A stretch of 64,000 nucleotides of DNA from Halorussus marinus (GTDB taxonomy: Archaea > Halobacteriota > Halobacteria > Halobacteriales > Haladaptataceae), in assembly GCF_004765795.1 (NCBI RefSeq), contig NZ_SBIV01000004.1:186001-250000 (forward strand). The letters are read 5' to 3'. The notes beneath the pieces are model-generated. The model had not been told where the DNA came from. It saw only the letters and a list, made by a program, of their open reading frames with translations, and searched no databases. Position 1 is the stretch's first letter, and each line of letters starts with the position of its first letter. A program made the position numbers and the translations under genes. Positions 31,201 through 37,848 of this stretch are shown here, piece by piece.

Positions 31201-32456
31201 CCTCGGGGTCGTTCGCCGCCCCGCACAACGGCCAGAACGGCGAGGACGGCTACGACAAACTCGCCATCGACTTCGACGACTTCGAGGGCGGCGAAACGTT
31301 CGCCTTCTCGGCCGACGTCGACCCGACCAGCATCAAGAACGCCGACGGGACCGGCGCGGCGGGTTCGGTCTCGGGGCTGGAGCTGTCGGGCGCGACGGTG
31401 ACCGTCGAGTACGCCGACGGGGCGACCCAGACGACCCATCTGTTCGGCGACGCGAGCGCGGGCGGCTCGCAGGCCACCTCGAAGGCCGACGCCGCCGGCG
31501 CGCCGACGATCGGCGTCGAGGCCGTCTCGCTCGATTCGAGCGCGCTCGACGACTATCACAGCGCGGCGACCGTCTCGGAGCCGACCCAGACCGTGACTGT
31601 CTCCGGGCCGGCCGGCGGGACCGTCGAACTGCTCCGAATCGAGGGACAGCTCGAACTCGCCAATCAGGCCGACGGCTACGATCTGGAGGCCTACGAGGCC
31701 AACACCGCCGAGAGCGTCGCGTACCAGACCGTCGAACTCGACGCCGACGGGCAGGCCGCGGTCGAGGTGTCGCTGACCAACACGTCGAGTAGCGGCGTCG
31801 AAGGCGGGTTCAACTACCTCCTCGCCGCGGTGGAGGACGGCGGCGACACCGGCCAGCCCTCGAACGTGGCCGTGCTGAAGTACGACCAGAACGCGGGCGC
31901 CGACGACCCCGACACCGCGGGGCCGCAGGCGCTCCACCGCGTGAACGCGGGCGAGAGCGCGACTATTTCTGCGACCGACGACGGCCCGAACTGGACCGGC
32001 GTCGCGAACGCGAGTTCGCAGTACCTCGCCTCGGTCGCAGAGGAGGACGGCGGGACCTACTGTGGCGGCGACGCCCTCACGCCCGACGACACCGTCCCCG
32101 AGTCCACGCCCGACGGCGTGTGGAACTGCGAGCGCTACGGGGACATGTCCTGGGAGTTCCCGGTCGACCCCGGTCAGGACGTCGAGGTTCGACTCTCCCT
32201 CGCCAACTCCTACCCGGGCGCGAGCGCGCAGGGCGACCGGCAGTTCAACGTCTCCATCGAGGGGTCGCAGGTCCTGACGCAGTACGACCCGGTGGCCGAC
32301 GTCGGACACGCGACCGCCACGACCAAGAGCGTCACCGTCACCGACGACGGGGACGGCACCATCGCGGTCGACTTCGAGCAGGGCGCCGCCGAGAACCCGG
32401 AGGTCAGAGCCATCGAGATTCTGACGGTCGAGGACGGCACCGACGGGGGGAGCTGA
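25287..32456 (+). CDS. Giant secreted multidomain protein (about 2390 aa): three malectin domains, ASH/Ig domain, glucose/sorbosone-dehydrogenase-like beta-propeller, Ca-binding DxDxDG repeats, lectin-like domain, PKD, atypical dockerin-like module and two copies of an unknown domain
   Basis: Signal peptide MNSTRNAARLLAVVFSVLLV; malectin motifs YRVNAGG...YFAE...RVFDV...AKVSAIEI three times; propeller motifs PTAVDFGPDGRAYV, GLPRSEENHATNG and GYRNPYD; PKD motif FDASGSSDADGSIASYEWDF. Confidence 0.88.
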   Translation: MNSTRNAARLLAVVFSVLLVTSAAGGGALSVIGTAQAQEASDVLYRVNAGGDAVESPSGPDWSGTGDQYVTGGSAYGDYSGTVSLDGSVPAGTPTEIFGTEVYGDQQWTFSENVQSDQQYEVRLYFAEVYHGVSNDNGAGARVFDVAIEDETALSAYDIFEEVGAETGVMKSFTVTPSDGSIDVNFTTIEDNAKVSAIEIVESEPEPNALGGPSNVDFGTVLTGESATETVTVTNLGDDGDPAIDVSGVSVTGADADAFSVGSASQTTLAPGESADLPVTFSPADAQAKQATLEVAHTGDDSPLAIDLAGEGASSANPAFSKSTLQGFSAGSPTAVDFGPDGRAYVSTQGGTVYALNVTRTGENSYAVENEVEIGAIEAIPNHDDAGDYTPGETDRQITGLTAAGTADQPVVYVSSSDPSIDVGQDDDDTDTNSGAISRLTLTPGSDGVLQTGEIDHDVLVMGLPRSEENHATNGLDLSADGETLYVAQGGHTNKGAPGDNFGHTPEYALSAAILEIDLAQIEAEYQAKNLQSYDPQGASQSYPDLEFYYAVPTIQNDDATDGDDLPFGGNDGINQAKLVEGSPVQIYSPGYRNPYDLVVTQTGQVYAADHGPNGGWGGQPADADGAVTADAASVTNHPNEAGSFSTSDQLAKVDEGDYGGHAAPIRANPTGADIYDADGEMVFDITESNSPVAPSQVNPVEADYIPPTGGSPDPGAPAGTANTMEFEDGQHVLFGPTGGLDEYTASNFGGAMAGDLLQVELSGDVERVELSADGETVVNVETIFNTGGPLGIDAVGDDGPFPGTVWTANHGGNDVTVFEPVDYGDTGGGDGEQCTGADDATLDEDGDGYDNADEIDAGSDPCSAASTPADFDGDGTSNLNDPDDDGDGLDDTEDPFALDPANGLETTPPVQHDLSELSLFGENGQGWTGLMTNGSDYRERYDPTQMTVGGAAEVLTVEGVPAGDAYADTNTQQYGFQFGVDPPAEPFVVETTVASFPENPEDFQSAGVFVGTGDQSNYVKLVAAANGGDGGVEFAQEVGDEFEGEMTDESAVTGNDVTLGLTVDPTTDPAPDNDIDEVAVTAEYEVDGTTAEVGTAAMPANWLDTADGVAPAVGVVSTSNGASSTFDATWTDISVEYVTPPNEAPGAAFTYSPSQPTATEQVAFDASGSSDADGSIASYEWDFDGDGETDATGQSVTHAFDAAGEYDATLTVTDDEGATNATIKTVAVAEPETETLAEAVASYGEDDDSTISLAEIQTAINWWSTGAEVPNTGGETFSLEEIQQLINLWSTGATVGDGSDGGSEQTGSALVEITPDSGVETSTYGGDTYQVTNTGEKNITSVSFDLSSSSLPDMVFDPQGTAGDPTGEGLNVASDGGTGIVTEPGTGEAFAAPHNGQNADDGYDVMTVEFDDFEPGEQATFWADNDPTTIKGATIASQEAGPVSGLELARSTVTVTYADGTTQTTQLMGDGSAGGATAVVNATEAPAPTVDVAGVSLDDAALEDYHSAATVSEASQTVAVSGQPGETVTLVRVEAELALSNVPDADGDGEPGYDVEPYEANNAQNVAYYTATIGSDGTATIPVTLTNTTGDGDDAGYNYFVAAHGEAAGDMGLASDVVVLKYDQNAGDGGDAGGGGDTVFALNAGGSAYTAADGTVYQADTNFDGGTAYDTTEQIGDTQDDPLYQTERYGNFTYDVPLEDGEYEVTLQFAEIFQGVAASDSPDSTGPTDGTNENDRVFDASIEGEEVLSNYDIFAEVGPLNATEETFTATVSDGELSVEFSTVYDNAKVSAIEVAEVDDGSATNAAPTIDSIADQTLTVGDSTTVPVSADDADGDDVSVSVTGPDFLTLANGELTVAPQSGDAGTYTVDVTAADGNGGTATETFQVTVEQAAGGDASSADFAVNTGGAIDASTYGAGSFEITNTGDGQIASVTYDLSSAAFPDVVFDPEGTAGDSGAKGFTPDGGASAVDPSGSFAAPHNGQNGEDGYDKLAIDFDDFEGGETFAFSADVDPTSIKNADGTGAAGSVSGLELSGATVTVEYADGATQTTHLFGDASAGGSQATSKADAAGAPTIGVEAVSLDSSALDDYHSAATVSEPTQTVTVSGPAGGTVELLRIEGQLELANQADGYDLEAYEANTAESVAYQTVELDADGQAAVEVSLTNTSSSGVEGGFNYLLAAVEDGGDTGQPSNVAVLKYDQNAGADDPDTAGPQALHRVNAGESATISATDDGPNWTGVANASSQYLASVAEEDGGTYCGGDALTPDDTVPESTPDGVWNCERYGDMSWEFPVDPGQDVEVRLSLANSYPGASAQGDRQFNVSIEGSQVLTQYDPVADVGHATATTKSVTVTDDGDGTIAVDFEQGAAENPEVRAIEILTVEDGTDGGS

Positions 32457-32458
32457 CG

Positions 32459-32677
32459 ATGCGAGCGACGATCGACTCCCGGCCTCGGCCGAACGCCGGC
32501 CGACGGTCGCCCGAGCCCGATGCGAGCGGTCCCGAGCCGAGCGCACGCCCGACGATCGCCGACGCCAGCGCCCCGCCGACGCCGACCGCGCTCGTCGGGA
32601 CGGCGGCGAACCACTCGATCGCGACACCGCGCGTCGCGATCACACCTCACACCACCGCGGAGGGTGGTCGACAATGA
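32459..32677 (+). CDS. Possible short Pro/Ala/Thr-rich bridging ORF (72 aa)
   Basis: ATG 2 bp after the giant gene's stop; its TGA overlaps the next ATG (ATGA). Composition is not acidic, so coding status is uncertain. Confidence 0.4.
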   Translation: MRATIDSRPRPNAGRRSPEPDASGPEPSARPTIADASAPPTPTALVGTAANHSIATPRVAITPHTTAEGGRQ

Positions 32678-34983
32678 ACACGAAAAACACCCAGAGGTCA
32701 ACGCGGTTCACCGCCGCGAGCCTCGCGTTGCTGGTCCTGCTCTCGGCGTTCGCGCCGGTGGGGATCGGCGGCGCCCAGCAGGCAGGCGTATCGATAGCTC
32801 AATCGGTCGAGGGCGACGCGACGGTCGCGCCCGGCGACGTCGTCACCGTCGAGGCGACGGTGACTGCACCGGGCCTCAACGGCCCGGCCATCGACGTCGG
32901 CGCGCCCGACGGCTGGACAGTCACCAGCCAGTCGGCCGACGGCGGAAACTTCAAACCCGCCGAGAGCCAGTGGGTCTGGCTCTCAGGCGACCACACGGTG
33001 ACCTACACCGTGGCGGTCCCCGCCGACGCTTCGGAGGGCGATTACGCCCTCTCGACAGAGGGTTCGGGGATCGTCCCGGACACCGGCGAGCGCGTGACCG
33101 AAACGACCGAGACGACGATCACGGTCCAGCAAAACGAGGCGCCGAACGCGGACGCGGGGAGCGACCAGACCGTCGAGGAGGGCGCGACGATCAGCCTCGA
33201 CGCCTCGGGATCGAGCGATCCCGACGGCGACGACCTGACCTACGCGTGGACCCAGACCGGCGGTCCCAGCGTCTCGCTGACCGGGGCCGACACCCCCACG
33301 CCGTCGTTCGACGCGCCCGACGAGCCCCAGCAGACCCAGACGTACGCCTTCGAGGTCGCGGTCTCGGACGGTCAGACGACGACCACCGACGCGGTGACCG
33401 TGACGGTCGAACCGGTCGACGATCCGCCGACCGCCGACGCGGGCGACGACCAGACCGTCGCGGAAGGGAGCACGGTCCAGCTATCCGGGTCGGGAACCGA
33501 CGTCGACGACGCGACCCTGTCGTACGCGTGGACTCAGACCGGCGGTCCCGACGTCTCGCTGAGCGACGCCGACGTCCCGGCGCCGTCGTTCACCGCGCCG
33601 GACGTCGAGAGCCCGACCGACGTCGTCTTCGAGCTGACAGTCTCGGACGGCGAGACCGCGGTCGCCGACGCGGTGACGGTCACCGTCGAGCCGACCGCGC
33701 CCGCGAACGAGCCGCCGACCGCCGACGCGGGCGACGACCAGACGGTCCCGGCGGGTGAGACAGTCGCGCTCGACGCCTCGGGATCGAGCGACCCCGACGG
33801 CGACGACCTGACCTACGCGTGGACCCAGACGGGCGGTCCCAGCGTCTCGCTGATCGGGGCCGACACCCCCACGCCGTCTTTCACCGCGTCGGGCCTCGAC
33901 GGCGACGCGACGCTGACCTTCGAGGTCGAAGTCGGCGACGGGCAGGCGACCGACACCGATTCGGTGGCCGTGACCGTGACCGCGAGCGCCGACAACCAGC
34001 CGCCGACCGCCGACTTCGCAGTCGACCCGAGTTCGCCCGTCCCGGGCGAATCGGTCAGCTTCGACGCCTCGGGGTCGAGCGACCCCGACGACGACCTGAG
34101 CTACGAGTGGACGATCGAGGGTGCCACCGCAGGTCCCGAGGAGTCGACGCTACTCGACTCGGACTTCGAGAGCGGGTCGCTCGCGACCGACGGGTGGACC
34201 CACGACGCAATCGAGAGCGGTGCCACCGCGGGCGTCGACGACGCAACCGCGAACTCCGGGAGCCAGTCGGCCTCCCACTACGGCGGTGAGGGCGCGCTCG
34301 TCTCGCCCGCGCTCGACGCGAGCGAGGCCGACTCGCTGACGGTGAGCTACTGGATCCAGAAGGGCTCTGACGCGTTCAGCGAGAACCCCGACCCGAACAC
34401 CGGCGAGGACCTGATCGTCGAGTACCTCGACCAGAACGGCGACTGGGTCGAACTCGACCGCGTCGAGGACACCGTCGAGTCCGGCGCCGAGTTCACGACG
34501 AACTTCACCGTCGAGGCCGACGCCGCGCTCCACGACGGCTTCCAACTCCGATTCCGGCAAGAGGGCGCGTCGGTCACGTCCGGCGACTACTGGCACGTCG
34601 ACGACGTGTCGGTCGCCGCGACCGACGGGGCCGAGACCGCCCCAATCCAGAAGTCGGGCCAGACGGTCTCGCACGCGTTCGATCAGGCCGGTACCTACGA
34701 CGTGACCCTGACGGTCGCCGACGGCGACGGCGCGACCGACGCGGTGACGAAGCCCGTCGAGGTGATCGAGGACCAACAACAGCCCCAGTCGATTCCGGAG
34801 GCGGTCGCGGGTCAGGACGGCACGGTCGACACCGGCGAGATCCAGCAGGCGATCAGCTGGTGGGTGAACGACGAGCCGGTTCCGGACACCGACGGCGAGA
34901 CCATAGACACCCAGACGATACAGACGCTCATCGACCTGTGGGTCGAGAACGCGACGGTCGCAAACGGGGGTGAGTCCCCGTGA
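32674..34983 (+). CDS. Secreted protein: X module, three PKD/REJ-like Ig repeats, PKD split by a jelly-roll insert, C-terminal atypical dockerin-like module
   Basis: Signal peptide; three P.ADAG.DQTV...YAWTQTGGP repeats; DFESG...W...WHVDDVSV insert; EIQQAISWW...IQTLIDLW tail. Confidence 0.88.
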   Translation: MNTKNTQRSTRFTAASLALLVLLSAFAPVGIGGAQQAGVSIAQSVEGDATVAPGDVVTVEATVTAPGLNGPAIDVGAPDGWTVTSQSADGGNFKPAESQWVWLSGDHTVTYTVAVPADASEGDYALSTEGSGIVPDTGERVTETTETTITVQQNEAPNADAGSDQTVEEGATISLDASGSSDPDGDDLTYAWTQTGGPSVSLTGADTPTPSFDAPDEPQQTQTYAFEVAVSDGQTTTTDAVTVTVEPVDDPPTADAGDDQTVAEGSTVQLSGSGTDVDDATLSYAWTQTGGPDVSLSDADVPAPSFTAPDVESPTDVVFELTVSDGETAVADAVTVTVEPTAPANEPPTADAGDDQTVPAGETVALDASGSSDPDGDDLTYAWTQTGGPSVSLIGADTPTPSFTASGLDGDATLTFEVEVGDGQATDTDSVAVTVTASADNQPPTADFAVDPSSPVPGESVSFDASGSSDPDDDLSYEWTIEGATAGPEESTLLDSDFESGSLATDGWTHDAIESGATAGVDDATANSGSQSASHYGGEGALVSPALDASEADSLTVSYWIQKGSDAFSENPDPNTGEDLIVEYLDQNGDWVELDRVEDTVESGAEFTTNFTVEADAALHDGFQLRFRQEGASVTSGDYWHVDDVSVAATDGAETAPIQKSGQTVSHAFDQAGTYDVTLTVADGDGATDAVTKPVEVIEDQQQPQSIPEAVAGQDGTVDTGEIQQAISWWVNDEPVPDTDGETIDTQTIQTLIDLWVENATVANGGESP

Positions 34984-36500
34984 CCCGCGAGGTCGGCGCC
35001 ACGTTCGGGCGAGCGCTCGCGCTCGCCGTCGCCGCGCTGGTGGCGGTCGCCGCGATCGGCCCCGCGGCCGCGATCCCCCAACCCGCCGGCGCAATCGGAC
35101 TCGCACAGACGCCCGAGACCACGACTGTCGCCCCCGGTGAGACGGTCACCCTTGAAACGACGATCAACGCGACGGGCTACAACGCGCCCGGGCTCGCGGT
35201 GAGCCTGCCCGACGGCTGGAGCGTCCAGAGCCAGTCGACCGACGGGCCGTTCACGTACAAGTCCGCCACCGACGAGTGGGTCGGGCTCTCGGGCGGCGAG
35301 TACACCGTGACCTACACCGTCGCCGTCCCCGACGACGCCGCGGCCGGCGAGTACACCGTGAGTGCCGACGGCTCGGCTATCGACCCCGAGACCGACGCGT
35401 TCGTCGAGGCCACCGACGGCTCCACGGTGACGGTCCAGGACGACTCCACGACCGATCCCGAGCCGGAGCCCGATCCCGACCCGACGACCGTGTCGGTGAG
35501 CCAGTCAGCGAGCGGTCAGGTCGCGCCCGGCGGAACGGTGACGATGACCGCGCAGGTCGACGCGACCGGACTCGACGCGCCCGCGCTCGCGGTGGACCTG
35601 CCCGACGGCTGGAGCGTTCAGAGCCAGACCGCCGACGGCCCCGCGAGCTACAAGCCGGCCACCGGCGAGTGGGTCTGGCTCGCCGGCGACGTCGATGCCG
35701 TCTACACCGTCGAGTACGTGGTGGCGGTCCCCTCGAACGTGCCCGCGGGCGAGTACACCCTCACGGCTGAGGCGTCGGCGCTCGACGCCGAGGACACGCA
35801 GGTGACCGACGCGGCCGAGACGACCGTCACCGTCGCCGAGGACGACGGCCAACAGCCCGCCGGACCGTCGACGGCCGCCCGTCTCTCGCCGTCGAGCGAG
35901 TTCGCAGGCGTCGATCAGATGGCGACATTTGACGTGGTCGTCGACGCCGCAGACGGCGGCATCGGAGTCACCGACTTCACCGTGTCGGTCGCCGACACCG
36001 AGGTCGCCGCCATCACCGACGCGTCGCTCGCGGAGAACGGCACGGAGGGTCTCAGCGACGTCGAGATCGCCGAGGACGGCTCGTCGGTGAGCGTCGAGTC
36101 AGTACTCATGGACACCGGCGACACCGGGTCGGTGACCCTCGCGACTGTCACCGTCGAGACGGCCGCGGAGGGCGCGACCGACCTCGATCTCACCGTCTCG
36201 GCGCTCGGGACCGAGGGCGGGACCGCCTACGTGGTGACCGAGACCGTCGGCGCGACGCTCGACGTCTCGGAGCTGGTGGTCGGCGACGCGGCGAATCCGG
36301 CCGCCGACCCCGACGGCGACGGCGTCTACGAGGACGTCAACGGCGACGGCGCCGTCGACATCACCGACGTGCAAGCGCTCTGGAGCGCCCGAAACGACCC
36401 GACGGTCGCGAACAACCCCGGCGCGTTCGACTTCAACGGCGACGGGTCGTTCAGCATCCTCGACGTGCAGGCGCTCTACAGCCAGGAGCTGGGGGCCTGA
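34980..36500 (+). CDS. Secreted adaptor/scaffoldin-like protein: two X modules, a cohesin-like domain and a C-terminal canonical dockerin
   Basis: GTG start overlapping the upstream stop (GTGA); duplicated F-hand dockerin EDVNGDGAVDITDVQAL...FDFNGDGSFSILDVQAL; cohesin-like TFDVVVD...TVSVAD.EVAAIT...LATVTV...G.TDLDLTV. Confidence 0.85.
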   Translation: MTREVGATFGRALALAVAALVAVAAIGPAAAIPQPAGAIGLAQTPETTTVAPGETVTLETTINATGYNAPGLAVSLPDGWSVQSQSTDGPFTYKSATDEWVGLSGGEYTVTYTVAVPDDAAAGEYTVSADGSAIDPETDAFVEATDGSTVTVQDDSTTDPEPEPDPDPTTVSVSQSASGQVAPGGTVTMTAQVDATGLDAPALAVDLPDGWSVQSQTADGPASYKPATGEWVWLAGDVDAVYTVEYVVAVPSNVPAGEYTLTAEASALDAEDTQVTDAAETTVTVAEDDGQQPAGPSTAARLSPSSEFAGVDQMATFDVVVDAADGGIGVTDFTVSVADTEVAAITDASLAENGTEGLSDVEIAEDGSSVSVESVLMDTGDTGSVTLATVTVETAAEGATDLDLTVSALGTEGGTAYVVTETVGATLDVSELVVGDAANPAADPDGDGVYEDVNGDGAVDITDVQALWSARNDPTVANNPGAFDFNGDGSFSILDVQALYSQELGA

Positions 36501-36505
36501 CCCTC

Positions 36506-37381
36506 ATGACGAGAACGATCGAGACGCGACCCGCGACGATCGCGGTCGCGGGGCTCGTGGCGCTCGTGCTGGCGGTGCCGGCGGTCGGCGCCGCGGGCGG
36601 GGCGGCGGTCGGCCTCTCGTCGGCCGCCGAGCGGACCGCGGTCGGCCAGACCGCGACGTTCGACGTGGTCGTCGACAGCGCAGACGGCGGCGTCGGCGCC
36701 TACACCGCGACCGTCTCGGTGGCGGACCCCGACGTCGCGGCGATCACGGGCGTCGAACTCGCCGGCGATCCCGTCGAGTCGGTCGAAGTCGCCGAGGACG
36801 GCTCGTCGGCCGACATCGAGGCCGCGCTGATGAACACCAGCGACGCCGGATCGGTGGTCGTCGCGACCGTCACGGTCGAAGGCGAGGCGGCGGGTGCGAC
36901 CGATCTGGCCCTCTCGGTGTCCGAACTCGGCGACGAGGACGGCACCGCGTACACGGTGACCGACGAGACCGGCGCGACGCTCGACGTTCGAGCGAACGAC
37001 GCCGAAGGCGACGGTGCACAAGAAAACAGTGAGGACGCGAACGGCGACGGCGACGCCGACGTCGTCGGCGCCGACGGTGAGAGCAGTGGCGACCCCGACA
37101 GCGACGACGACACCGACGCCGCTACCAGCGACGGCGACGGGGCCGACTCGACGTCGCTCGCGACCACGACGACCGTCGCCGACGGGTCGGCCGACACCGC
37201 GTCGACGGCGACTGAGACGACGGTCGACCGAACGTCGGCTCAGACCGATCCGGGATCGGCCGACGACGGCGACGGGGGCGCCGACCGCTCGGACGGTCCG
37301 GCCCTCTCGGCCGTGTTCCTGCTCGTCGCGGTCCTCGCGGCGCTCGCGGCCGGCGCGGTCGTCGCGTTCCGCGACCGATAG
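36506..37381 (+). CDS. Membrane-anchored cohesin-like protein (anchoring scaffoldin)
   Basis: Signal peptide, one cohesin-like domain homologous to that of the upstream gene, an Asp/Ser/Thr-rich stalk, and a C-terminal TM helix followed by RDR. Confidence 0.83.
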   Translation: MTRTIETRPATIAVAGLVALVLAVPAVGAAGGAAVGLSSAAERTAVGQTATFDVVVDSADGGVGAYTATVSVADPDVAAITGVELAGDPVESVEVAEDGSSADIEAALMNTSDAGSVVVATVTVEGEAAGATDLALSVSELGDEDGTAYTVTDETGATLDVRANDAEGDGAQENSEDANGDGDADVVGADGESSGDPDSDDDTDAATSDGDGADSTSLATTTTVADGSADTASTATETTVDRTSAQTDPGSADDGDGGADRSDGPALSAVFLLVAVLAALAAGAVVAFRDR

Positions 37382-37430
37382 CGCCGGCTATCGTCCCGGA
37401 GCTCTCACGCCGGGACTCAGGTCGGCGCTA
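37379..37430 (+). terminator. Hairpin immediately after the operon
   Basis: tagcgccgg...gtcccgg / ccgggac...tcggcgcta inverted repeat starting at the stop codon. Confidence 0.4.
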
Positions 37431-37557
37431 ACGCGTGATCGTGTGAGCGTAACGTCCATAGGCGCTCAACAACCAAGTTCGTGCGAGCCGTCGTCGGTCA
37501 CGCGACGACGGCGCCAGCGGAGTCCCCCGCCGCGACGCCGATCGCGCGATACGCGCC

Positions 37558-37797
37558 ATGACCGACACCGCCCGCCTCAAGGACGTGGTCGAGATTCTGG
37601 GCATCTTCTCGATGTTCGGGCTGAGCGTCTTCGCCTACCTCGCGTGGTGGCTCGCGTTTCACAACGGCGGGACCGTCCGGATCGACGTGACCGCGTTCGG
37701 CGAACTGTGGCTCGAATACCTGCTCTGGCTGGTCGTCACGCCGCTGATCACCCTCGGGCTGTACTACTACGTCGAACGGGGCGGGCGCTCGGGGTGA
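37558..37797 (+). CDS. Small two-TM membrane protein
   Basis: 79 aa with two hydrophobic helices flanking NGGTVRIDVTAFGE. Confidence 0.65.
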   Translation: MTDTARLKDVVEILGIFSMFGLSVFAYLAWWLAFHNGGTVRIDVTAFGELWLEYLLWLVVTPLITLGLYYYVERGGRSG

Positions 37798-37848
37798 GAC
37801 GCCGGCGAACGGAAACGATTTTGCCGGGTGTCGTCCAACTCGGCGAGC

